64,000 bases of DNA from Lentibacter sp. (GTDB lineage Bacteria > Pseudomonadota > Alphaproteobacteria > Rhodobacterales > Rhodobacteraceae), in NCBI RefSeq assembly GCF_965658795.1, contig NZ_CBFHTG010000006.1, forward strand, positions 60,403 through 124,402, given 5' to 3'. Shown here piece after piece: positions 8,604 through 16,338 of this stretch; the stretch's first letter is position 1, and each line of letters starts with the position of its first letter. The position numbers and the translations under genes are program-made. The notes beneath the pieces were generated by a model. It saw nothing but the letters and a program-made list of their open reading frames with translations, did no database searches and was not told the DNA's origin.

Positions 8604-10016
8604 CTACAGCGTGCGCACCTGCGGGCTCATATGAGACTTGGCAGGCAGCAGGATCAGCTCGTTCAACGCCCAGACAAGCGCATCGGTGCGGTCGGGGCTG
8701 CCCTTGCCGTGAAAGCCGTGCAACGTGAGCTGGCACATCTCGTCCTCAAGCTGGCCCAGCCCCGTGAAGTGATGCACACGCCCCTGCTCATAGAGCGCAG
8801 CAACAGGCTCCGCGCGCGCCGACTTGCCCTTTGAGGCATGCACCTTGCGCAAAGACACCAGCGGATCAACCTGCCGTATCACCTGCTCCACCAAGTCCCC
8901 CCCCTGGTTCACCTCGGCCACCATGCGCTCAGCGCCCCAACGGTGCATCGCCGCCACAGCCGCCTCGGCCCAAGCCATCGGGCTTGCACCCTCAACGCTC
9001 GCGTCTTCCAGCACATAGGCGCGCCAGTCTTGCACAGGGCCTTCGGCCACCACCCCCGCCACAATGATCCCGCAGGCATCAGAGCTGGCCGTGCCGCTCA
9101 CAGGCGGATCAACCGCCACAACAATACGGCTCATCTCGGGCACCTCGCGCACCCGTGCCGCCTCAAGCCGCGCAGCCGTCCAGAGCGCGCCCTCGGCCTC
9201 CTCGATCAGCACCCCGTCAAGCTCCTGGCGGCCAAGCCGCGTGCCCGCATAACGCGCCTGAACCGCCGCCAAGAAGCCCTTGGCAAGGTTGGCCTTGTTG
9301 GCCTCGGTCGGCGCATGGGTGCTCACGGTGCCCTCGGCCTCCAGCAGCTCCTTGAGCAGCCCGATGTTGCGCGGTGTGGTGGTGATACAGACCTGCGGAT
9401 GCGCTCCCAGACGCAGGCCAAACTGCAACATATCCCAAGTTTCACGGGCCTTTTTCCACTTGGCCAGCTCGTCAACCCAAGCCGCATCAAACTGCGGCCC
9501 GCGCAAAGCCTCCGGATCATGGGCCGAGAAAACCTGCGCCACAGCGCCGTTGGGCCAGAGAAGCTGGCGGCGGCTTGCCTGCCATTCGGGGCGGCGGTCA
9601 GGCGGAGAGCAGGCCAGAAGCCCGCTCTCGCCAAACACCATCACCTCACGCACCTGCGCCACGGTTTCCCCCACAAGCGCAATGCGCTTGCAACGGCCCG
9701 CGTCCTTTGGCCCCGCGCCTTCCACAAGGCTGCGCACCCACTCGGCACCTGCGCGCGTCTTGCCCGCCCCGCGCCCCCCCATGATGATCCAGTTGGCCCA
9801 GTCGCCCTCGGGCGCAACTTGGTGGGGCATGGCCCAAAACTCGAAGAGAAACGGCAGCGCCAGAAGCTCGTCTTCACTCAGCGAGCTCAGAAACGCGCTC
9901 TGCACCTGCGGCGGCTCTGAGGCGATCCAGCTTGCCGCCGATGCTAAGGCGCGCCGCTTCAAGGTCGAGTCCGCGCTCGCCTCGGGCGCTCCGGGTGTGC
10001 TTGGATTGCTTTTCAT
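8604..10016 (-). CDS. Large terminase subunit (GTA g2)
   Basis: 470-aa ORF with a Walker A motif (GGRGAGKTRAG) and a C-terminal nuclease-like part. The true start is uncertain: an in-frame GTG at 9905 would cut the overlap with g1 to 32 nt. Confidence 0.85.
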   Translation of the reverse strand: MKSNPSTPGAPEASADSTLKRRALASAASWIASEPPQVQSAFLSSLSEDELLALPFLFEFWAMPHQVAPEGDWANWIIMGGRGAGKTRAGAEWVRSLVEGAGPKDAGRCKRIALVGETVAQVREVMVFGESGLLACSPPDRRPEWQASRRQLLWPNGAVAQVFSAHDPEALRGPQFDAAWVDELAKWKKARETWDMLQFGLRLGAHPQVCITTTPRNIGLLKELLEAEGTVSTHAPTEANKANLAKGFLAAVQARYAGTRLGRQELDGVLIEEAEGALWTAARLEAARVREVPEMSRIVVAVDPPVSGTASSDACGIIVAGVVAEGPVQDWRAYVLEDASVEGASPMAWAEAAVAAMHRWGAERMVAEVNQGGDLVEQVIRQVDPLVSLRKVHASKGKSARAEPVAALYEQGRVHHFTGLGQLEDEMCQLTLHGFHGKGSPDRTDALVWALNELILLPAKSHMSPQVRTL

Positions 10017-10239
10017 AGGTCTGCTCCACTTCCAGCGCGATGCCCATCCACTGCGCCACCTCTTCGAGGCAAAACTGCACCTCGCGTGTGCTCAGCGTTG
10101 GTTCCGTCGCATTGACCCGCGCCCTGAGCGCGGTGATATCCAGCTTCAATCGGGTGATCTCGGCCACAAGGGCCGCAACAGATTGGCCCAAGGCCTGCGG
10201 CTTGGTCAGGCCATCGGCCATCTCGGAGTATGTGCTCAT
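9874..10239 (-). CDS. GTA g1-like small protein (candidate small terminase)
   Basis: 121-aa ORF, first in the cluster, with GAGG 11 nt upstream of the ATG. Helical and charged. It overlaps the longest g2 ORF by 143 nt. Confidence 0.6.
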   Translation of the reverse strand: MSTYSEMADGLTKPQALGQSVAALVAEITRLKLDITALRARVNATEPTLSTREVQFCLEEVAQWMGIALEVEQTYEKQSKHTRSARGERGLDLEAARLSIGGKLDRLRAAAGAERVSELAE

Positions 10240-10353
10240 ATGATTTTTGCCTCATGTGGGTCTGCCTCCGCCCGACATGATCCCCCCGCACCACGCGGAG
10301 AATCTGTCTGCTCAAAAAGGCTAGCGAGACAAATCTTGCGCGTAAACGGGCTT

Positions 10354-10375
10354 GCCCGAGCGGCGAACGCTCGGG
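10354..10375 (-). terminator. Hairpin CCCGAGCG-gcgaa-CGCTCGGG downstream of the esterase operon, upstream of GTA g1
   Basis: Perfect 8-bp GC-rich stem. There is no clean U-tract on the minus strand, so the terminator role is tentative. Confidence 0.4.
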
Positions 10376-10390
10376 TTAATAAAGCTTTAA
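10376..10390. promoter_or_regulatory. CtrA-type box TTAA-N7-TTAA (TTAATAAAGCTTTAA) upstream of GTA g1
   Basis: Exact TTAA-N7-TTAA spacing read from the sequence, 137-151 nt upstream of the g1 ATG, inside a locally AT-rich patch. Confidence 0.4.
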
Positions 10391-10410
10391 TTCTGTTTTA
10401 AGTCAGAGGC

Positions 10411-11076
10411 TTAGAAGCCGGCCTTATCGCGAATAAACGCAAGAGACACCGAAAGACCATCAGGCGCGATGCCGTGGCCTGTGCCTTTCATGATATGTGC
10501 GAACACCTCTTTGAAGCCCGCCGTTTGCAGCGCTTCGGCGGCTTGGGGCAGGCTCTGGGGCGGCACAACATCGTCTTCATCGCCATGCACCAGCAAGATC
10601 GGCGGCTTGCTCAGCGTGGCCTCTTCAAGGCTTTCTGGCGCCAGCAAACGGCCCGAAAACGCGACCACACCCGCCAGCTCGTCTTCACGGCGCGGCGCAA
10701 CATGCAGCGCCATCATCGTGCCCTGACTGAAGCCAAACAGCACCATCTGCTCGGGCAGCAGGTCTTCATCCACCAAAACACCGTCCAAAAAGGCGTTGAG
10801 ATCATCCACCGCAGCCATCATCCCGCGCTCTGATTCTTCTTCAGACGAGCCATCAATCCAAGGGATCGGAAACCACTGGAAGCCCATCGGCGCGCCCGCG
10901 CAAGCCTCTGGCGCATCCGGCGCGATGAACAGCGTGTCCGGCAAATGCTCCCCCAGCGGGTCGGCAAGGCCGAGAAGATCAGCGCCATTGGCCCCGTAGC
11001 CGTGCAGAAACACCACAACAGAACGGGTTTCGCCCGATACGGGCTCTTTTCGGTTGGCTTGCAATGCACGTGTCAT
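10411..11076 (-). CDS. Alpha/beta hydrolase, phospholipase/carboxylesterase family
   Basis: 221-aa ORF with VVFLHGYGANG, a GFSQG nucleophile elbow and LLVHGDEDDVVP ... GHGI. Confidence 0.8.
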   Translation of the reverse strand: MTRALQANRKEPVSGETRSVVVFLHGYGANGADLLGLADPLGEHLPDTLFIAPDAPEACAGAPMGFQWFPIPWIDGSSEEESERGMMAAVDDLNAFLDGVLVDEDLLPEQMVLFGFSQGTMMALHVAPRREDELAGVVAFSGRLLAPESLEEATLSKPPILLVHGDEDDVVPPQSLPQAAEALQTAGFKEVFAHIMKGTGHGIAPDGLSVSLAFIRDKAGF

Positions 11077-11702
11077 CTGGTTCCCTCACGGTGTTTGATC
11101 TGTTTGTAATAGGCCCAGAGCAGCCGCGCCGCAACCGCTCTCCAAGGGGCCCAGGCCTGCGCCATCTGGCGCATCGCGCGCTCCTTGGGCCGCTCATCAA
11201 GGCCATAAAGCACTTTGGCCGCCTCCTGCAGCGCAAGATCACCATGGGCAAAGACATCGGCCCGCCCAAGGCTGAACATCGCATAGATCTCGGCGGTCCA
11301 CGTGCCAATGCCCTTCACAGCCACAAGCCGGCGGATCACCTCGGCGCTTGGCACATCGCGCAGCGCATCAAAGTCAATCGCCGCCACCGCGAGCGCCTTG
11401 GCATAGACCGCTTTCTGACGGCTCAAGCCCAAGGCGCGCAGCTCGTCCTCGCTCATCTGCGCAACCTGCGCCGCCGCCTCACAGCCCGCCGCCTGCAAGC
11501 GCGCCCAAATGGCGTTGGCGCTGGCCACACTCACCTGCTGGCTGACAATCGCGCTCAACAGCTCGGCAAACCCCTCAGGCTTAAGCCTGAGCGGCAGCGG
11601 CCCTGTCAGCGCATAGGCCTCAGCCAAGCGCGCATCTTGCGCGGCCAGCCACGCAGCCCCCTCGGCCACACAGGCCGCCCCCGTGATCACCCGCTCATCC
11701 AT
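11073..11702 (-). CDS. DNA-3-methyladenine glycosylase II family protein (HhH-GPD, AlkA-like)
   Basis: 209-aa ORF with a helix-hairpin-helix motif (VKGIGTWTAEIYAMF) and a catalytic Asp context (HGDLAL). Confidence 0.75.
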   Translation of the reverse strand: MDERVITGAACVAEGAAWLAAQDARLAEAYALTGPLPLRLKPEGFAELLSAIVSQQVSVASANAIWARLQAAGCEAAAQVAQMSEDELRALGLSRQKAVYAKALAVAAIDFDALRDVPSAEVIRRLVAVKGIGTWTAEIYAMFSLGRADVFAHGDLALQEAAKVLYGLDERPKERAMRQMAQAWAPWRAVAARLLWAYYKQIKHREGTR

Positions 11703-12447
11703 GCCGCAAGCTCACGGTCTCGGCCCAGCGCAAGGCCTCGGCCACCGTCGCAAGGCAGGTGACACCCGCCAGCGGCGCAGGCCGCGCGATCATCCCGACA
11801 GGCAGGCCAAGGGTGCGCGCCGCCAAGAGCTTGGGCCGCGCGCCCGCGCCGCCTGCGTTTTTCACAACCAGCCAGTCAACGGCCAGCGCGCGCAACAGCG
11901 CCACCTCCTCAGCCACGCGAAAAGGCCCCACAGCGGGCAAAAACCGCCCCCCCGCAAAGGGAAAGGCCTCATCTGCCGCCCCGCCAATGCGCCGCGCAAT
12001 GATCTCGCAGTTGCGCAAGTTGGCAAAGCCGAGCAGCCCCGCGCGCCCCGTGGCAACAAAAACAGTAGACCCCTCGGGGATATGCGCCGCCGCCTCGGCC
12101 TCAGAGGCCAGCGAGACCCAGTTGTCCCCCGCCTCGGGGTGCCATTCCGGGCGCAGCAGTTGCGCATAAGGCAGCCCGCGCCCGTGGCAAAGCGCGGCCG
12201 TGCGCGCGCTGATGCTTTCGGCAAACGGGTGGGTCACATCGAGCACCGCGGTGATCTTTTCGGCCTCGACATAGCGCAAAAACCCCTCCGCCCCGCCAAA
12301 GCCGCCCAAACGGCGCGGCAGCGCCACAGGGCCCACAAAGCGGGCCGAGCCTTCAAAAGAAACAATCGCGTCAATATTTCGGGCCGAAAGCCCTGCGGCG
12401 ATCTCGCGGGTCTCGCCCGCGCCGCCCAGAAGCAGAAGCCGCGTCAT
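11695..12447 (-). CDS. cobK: Precorrin-6A / cobalt-precorrin-6A reductase
   Basis: 250-aa ORF with the N-terminus MTRLLLLGGAGETREIAAGL typical of CobK/CbiJ. It overlaps both neighbouring genes. Confidence 0.75.
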   Translation of the reverse strand: MTRLLLLGGAGETREIAAGLSARNIDAIVSFEGSARFVGPVALPRRLGGFGGAEGFLRYVEAEKITAVLDVTHPFAESISARTAALCHGRGLPYAQLLRPEWHPEAGDNWVSLASEAEAAAHIPEGSTVFVATGRAGLLGFANLRNCEIIARRIGGAADEAFPFAGGRFLPAVGPFRVAEEVALLRALAVDWLVVKNAGGAGARPKLLAARTLGLPVGMIARPAPLAGVTCLATVAEALRWAETVSLRHG

Positions 12448-13529
12448 GCGCCCTTGGGAAAGACAAAGCAGCGGTCGCGGCGGATCGCCAGCCAGAGCGC
12501 CTTGCCAACGCTGGGCAAAAAGACATTGGGCACCGTCACCCGCAGCTTGGAGCCGTCATGATCCATGCGGAACTCCACAAGGCTCTCGTTGCCCATAAAG
12601 CGCGCGCGCTCCACAACACCGCGCGCAGGCGTGCCATCGGAGGGGGTCGGGTTCGGCCCGCGCCCGTCACGGTCAAAATCAATCTTGAAGTGCTGGGGGC
12701 GGATCACAATCTCCACCTCCTGCCCGTCTGGCACACCGGGGGCCAGAAACTGGCCAAAGGGCGTATCGGTCAGCGCGCCGCGCACGGTTCCGGCGATCAC
12801 ATTGATATCGCTGAAAAAGCCAACAGCCTGCTTGTCCACTGGCGCATTGTAAATATTGTAGGGCGCGCCGCGCTGCACAATGCGCCCGTGGCGCATGAGC
12901 GCAATCTCGTCGGCCATGCGCATGGCCTCATCAGGCTCATGGGTCACAAGCAAAACGCCCGTGTCTTCCTGCTTGAGCACATCAAGGGTCTCGTCGCGGA
13001 TCTCGTCCCGCAGGCGGTTATCAAGGCCTGAAAACGGCTCATCCATCAGCATCAACCGTGGCCGCGGCGCCAGAGCGCGCGCCAGCGCCACGCGCTGCTG
13101 CTCCCCGCCCGACAGCTCGTGCGGGTAGCTCTCCTCAAACCGCGCCAACCCGACACGCGCAAGCAGCGCGCGCACCCGCTTGGCTTTGTCCTCGCGGCTG
13201 CCTTTGAGGCCAAAGGCCACGTTTTCGGCCACGCTCAAATGCGGAAACAGCGCAAAATCCTGAAACATCAGCCCCGTATGGCGCCGCTCGGGCGGAATGC
13301 GAAACACCGTGTCACAGACAAGGTGACCATCCACATAGATCTGGCCGCTGTCTTGCATATCCACACCCGCAATCATGCGCAGCGTGGTCGATTTGCCGCA
13401 GCCGGATGGGCCCAAAAGGCAGGTCACCTGCCCCGGCTGGATCGTCAAAGAGACATCATCCACCACAACGCGGCCATCAAAGCTGCGCTTGAGGTTTCTG
13501 ATCTCTAGCCTCGGAGTAAGCTGCGTCAC
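12444..13529 (-). CDS. ABC transporter ATP-binding protein (Fe3+/polyamine importer type, FbpC/PotA-like)
   Basis: 361-aa ORF (GTG start) with Walker A GPSGCGKST, signature LSGGEQQR, Walker B LMLMDEP and a C-terminal TOBE-like domain. Confidence 0.85.
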   Translation of the reverse strand: MTQLTPRLEIRNLKRSFDGRVVVDDVSLTIQPGQVTCLLGPSGCGKSTTLRMIAGVDMQDSGQIYVDGHLVCDTVFRIPPERRHTGLMFQDFALFPHLSVAENVAFGLKGSREDKAKRVRALLARVGLARFEESYPHELSGGEQQRVALARALAPRPRLMLMDEPFSGLDNRLRDEIRDETLDVLKQEDTGVLLVTHEPDEAMRMADEIALMRHGRIVQRGAPYNIYNAPVDKQAVGFFSDINVIAGTVRGALTDTPFGQFLAPGVPDGQEVEIVIRPQHFKIDFDRDGRGPNPTPSDGTPARGVVERARFMGNESLVEFRMDHDGSKLRVTVPNVFLPSVGKALWLAIRRDRCFVFPKGA

Positions 13530-13648
13530 AAGCGTGCCTCATTGGATCTGCGTCAAAGGTATCCGATGTTTTTCATCAAGATTAGGCAGGCTTAGCAGCC
13601 ACACCGCCCCCTCGCAAGCCAGTGAGGCGGTCCGCGTGCCCACAGGCT

Positions 13649-13671
13649 CTTTCTTTTTGCTCTAAATATCC
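13649..13671 (+). repeat. 23-nt conserved intergenic box, copy 1: CTTTCTTTTTGCTCTAAATATCC
   Basis: Matches the copies at 25540-25562 and 40920-40942 at 20 of 23 positions. All three are in the same orientation. Confidence 0.7.
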
Positions 13672-13722
13672 AAACCCGACAGCGGCCCCAAGCGCATAAG
13701 CCGGCCTGATGCACAGGCCCCG

Positions 13723-13756
13723 CCAAACGCAAAGGGCGGGCCGCAAGGCCCGCCCC
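13723..13756 (-). terminator. Rho-independent terminator after the purA-DUF2842 unit
   Basis: On the minus strand, GGGCGGGCC-ttgc-GGCCCGCCC is followed by TTTGCGTTTGG. It lies about 30 nt downstream of the DUF2842 stop. Confidence 0.75.
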
Positions 13757-13786
13757 ACCGCGCGGCACAGAGTGCAGCGCAATCCC

Positions 13787-14047
13787 TTAGACTTCATCGT
13801 CCCATTTGATGGGCTCGGCATCAGGGTCAGGCTTGCCGATCCCCTTGAAGAGGCCCTTGAACGGGAAAATCCACGCCATGCCCAAAGCGATGTAAACAAC
13901 CAGCTCGGCCAGCAGGGGCAAACGCCCGACAGCCATCTCAAGCCAGGTCACCACATTCACCGCAAGGATGATGTAAAGCGGCATCCCCACCAGCAAAACC
14001 AGCAGAACAAGCCAACGGCGCATCTTGAAGCTCAGGTTGTCAAACAT
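13787..14047 (-). CDS. Small membrane protein (DUF2842-like)
   Basis: ORF 13787..14077 trimmed to MFDNLSFKMRRWLVLLVLLVGMPLY. Two hydrophobic helices. The start was chosen to avoid overlap with purA. Confidence 0.6.
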   Translation of the reverse strand: MFDNLSFKMRRWLVLLVLLVGMPLYIILAVNVVTWLEMAVGRLPLLAELVVYIALGMAWIFPFKGLFKGIGKPDPDAEPIKWDDEV

Positions 14048-14051
14048 CCGC

Positions 14052-15347
14052 TCAATCCGCAAACGGGTCGGTGACAAGGATGGTGTCTTCGCGCTCGGGG
14101 CTTGTGCTCAGCATGGCCACGGGGCAGCCGATCAGCTCTTCCACGCGGCGCACATATTTGATGGCCTCCGCAGGCAGCTCCGCCCAGGAGCGCGCGCCCT
14201 CGGTGCTCTCGCTCCAGCCGGGCATCTCCTCATAGATCGGCGTGCAGCGCGCCTGCGCTTCGGCCGCAGTGGGCAGATAATCCAGCGTTTCGCCATCCAG
14301 CTCATAGCCCACACAGATTTTCAGGGTCTCGAACCCGTCCAGAACGTCAAGTTTGGTCAGCGAAATCCCTGTGACACCGCTTGTCGCGCAGGTCTGGCGC
14401 ACCAGAGCCGCATCAAACCAGCCACAGCGGCGCTTGCGCCCTGTCACTGTGCCAAACTCGTGGCCGCGCTCGCCAAGGCGCTGCCCGTCCGCATCGTCAA
14501 GCTCGGTCGGAAACGGGCCTTCCCCCACGCGGGTGGTATAGGCCTTCACAATCCCGAGCACATAATCAATCGCCGTGGGGCCAACGCCCACACCTGTGGC
14601 CGCCTGCCCTGCAATCACGTTGGAAGAGGTCACAAAAGGATAGGTGCCAAAGTCGATATCCAGCAGCGCGCCTTGTGCGCCTTCAAACAAAATCCGCTTG
14701 CCCGCGCGGCGCTGCTCGTTGAGCACCTTCCAGACAGGCGCCGCATAGGGCAGAATCTCGGCGGCAATCTCTTTGAGCGCCGCAATCAGCCCGTCGCGGT
14801 CAACTGGCTCGATGCCCAGACCTTTGCGCAAGGGGTCATGGTGCTGCAATGCGCGGTCAACACGGGCAATCAGCGTGGCCTCATCCGCCAAGTCGGCCAC
14901 GCGCACAGCGCGACGGCCCACTTTGTCTTCATAGCACGGGCCAATGCCGCGCCCGGTGGTGCCGATCTTCGTGCCTTTGCTCGCCGCTTCTTCGCGGGCG
15001 CGGTCAAGCTCGCCGTGAATCGGCAGAATAAGGGGGGTGTTTTCCGCAATCATCAAGCACTCGGGGTTGATCGTCACCCCCTGCGCGCGGATTGATGCGA
15101 TCTCTTTCACAAGGTGCCAAGGGTCAAGCACAACGCCGTTGCCGATCACGCTCAGCTTGCCGCCACGCACAACACCCGAGGGCAGCGCATTCAGCTTGTA
15201 TACCTTGCCATCAATGACAAGCGTATGGCCCGCATTATGACCGCCCTGGAACCGTGCGATCACATCTGCGCGCTCGCTCAGCCAGTCCACAATCTTGCCT
15301 TTGCCCTCGTCGCCCCATTGTGCGCCGACAACCACTACATTCGCCAT
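14052..15347 (-). CDS. purA: Adenylosuccinate synthase
   Basis: 431-aa ORF with [23 protein letters not shown] and other canonical PurA motifs. Confidence 0.95.
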   Translation of the reverse strand: MANVVVVGAQWGDEGKGKIVDWLSERADVIARFQGGHNAGHTLVIDGKVYKLNALPSGVVRGGKLSVIGNGVVLDPWHLVKEIASIRAQGVTINPECLMIAENTPLILPIHGELDRAREEAASKGTKIGTTGRGIGPCYEDKVGRRAVRVADLADEATLIARVDRALQHHDPLRKGLGIEPVDRDGLIAALKEIAAEILPYAAPVWKVLNEQRRAGKRILFEGAQGALLDIDFGTYPFVTSSNVIAGQAATGVGVGPTAIDYVLGIVKAYTTRVGEGPFPTELDDADGQRLGERGHEFGTVTGRKRRCGWFDAALVRQTCATSGVTGISLTKLDVLDGFETLKICVGYELDGETLDYLPTAAEAQARCTPIYEEMPGWSESTEGARSWAELPAEAIKYVRRVEELIGCPVAMLSTSPEREDTILVTDPFAD

Positions 15348-15444
15348 ATTGGCCCCCTCAAGTTTCAGGTCAAACCCGCGCTCGTATATACGGGAGCCGC
15401 AGCAGGCGAAACTGCAAATTCACCTCAAAGCAAAAAGAGCTGGC

Positions 15445-15795
15445 CTAAATCAGCGCCATCCGCTCGGCGCGCTCGGGGTCCGGGAAGGGCCGGTAGAGCG
15501 CCACATCCACCACCCCCACCATCTGGTGCACCGTGGTATAGAGCCGCTCGACCGTTTCATCGCTCGTGCCGGCCATGCGAAACGCCTCATCCAGCTGGGT
15601 CATGTCGCGCACCTCTATTTCGAGCAGGAAGTCGCGCGACTGGGGGGCACCAAAGCCCAGCTTGCGGCGGCAGAGCCGCCAGCTCCCAATCGCCCCCTGC
15701 TCTTGCAGGTGGGTCATCCAGGCCTCAACGGCTGCCGCAAAGGCCAGCGCTTTCGCCGTGTCGCGCAAATCAATCGAACAGTGATACAGGTTCAT
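15445..15795 (-). CDS. Conserved hypothetical protein (small cytoplasmic, alpha/beta)
   Basis: 116-aa ORF with coding-like composition and no recognisable motif. Confidence 0.5.
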   Translation of the reverse strand: MNLYHCSIDLRDTAKALAFAAAVEAWMTHLQEQGAIGSWRLCRRKLGFGAPQSRDFLLEIEVRDMTQLDEAFRMAGTSDETVERLYTTVHQMVGVVDVALYRPFPDPERAERMALI

Positions 15796-15926
15796 ACGGC
15801 CTCACAGGGGTTATTTGGCCTCACGCTAGCGCCAATACCCTACCAAAGCCTTAAGCCTCACAGCGCGACAAGGCTTTACAGCCCCACCTCAAGAGTGCCA
15901 GTCTGCGCTCCAAAAGGGCCTTTTTT

Positions 15927-16322
15927 ATGAGTTTTATGTTGCGCGTTCTGGCGGCCTTCGGCCTGCTTACGGCCACCTACAACCCCACGTCTTACAACTT
16001 CACCCGCTGGGCCCAGACAAGCTGGAGCGCTCAAACAGCACTTGTTGTGCTCTTCGGGCTTCTGCTCTTTGTGGGCTACATCATCTACTTGCGCGCCACG
16101 CTGCGCTCGATTGGCATCTTCGGGATGAGCCTTGTTCTGGCCCTTGTCGGTGCGCTGCTCTGGGTGCTGGCCGATTTTGGCTGGCTCAGCTTTGAAGACC
16201 CCACAGTCAACACATGGCTTGCCATTGTGGCGCTCTCGCTTGTGCTCGGGGTCGGCCTCAGCTGGAGCCACGTGCGCCGCGCCCTCTCGGGGCAGGCCGA
16301 CATGGATGATGTTGACGAATAG
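15927..16322 (+). CDS. Hypothetical integral membrane protein (4 predicted TM helices)
   Basis: 131-aa ORF with four hydrophobic stretches and an acidic C-terminus. Confidence 0.55.
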   Translation: MSFMLRVLAAFGLLTATYNPTSYNFTRWAQTSWSAQTALVVLFGLLLFVGYIIYLRATLRSIGIFGMSLVLALVGALLWVLADFGWLSFEDPTVNTWLAIVALSLVLGVGLSWSHVRRALSGQADMDDVDE

Positions 16323-16338
16323 TAAACAGCCACAGGGC

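Noticed and set aside
8590-8604. A CtrA-like site TTAAGAACTCTTAAC at the terminase stop.
   Set aside because: The spacer is N6, not N7. Because the motif depends on spacing, I do not call it a CtrA box.
1-10239. The cluster could be a conventional prophage or prophage remnant.
   Set aside because: It contains only head-tail morphogenesis genes in the exact RcGTA order. No integrase, repressor, replication or lysis genes, att-like repeats or tRNA lie within or next to it on the visible side. Its GC content is the same as the host genes. The region beyond g15 is not visible, so this is not absolute.
13560-13650. A possible cobalamin riboswitch in the leader of the ABC ATPase-cobK operon. The minus strand shows CCGCCUCACUGG and AAGCCUGCC, reminiscent of the GCCACUG and B12-box 3' end.
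   Set aside because: The conserved 5' core (GGGAA ... GGUGNNAANNCC) and the full B12 box (AGYCMGGAGACCKGCC) are absent. The resemblance is limited to two short GC-rich strings. An Infernal scan with RF00174 would settle it.
15388-15397. A 10-bp palindrome CGTATATACG upstream of purA, considered as a PurR-type operator.
   Set aside because: It is a single short AT-core palindrome, with no known PurR system in this lineage and no second copy in the window. The evidence is insufficient.
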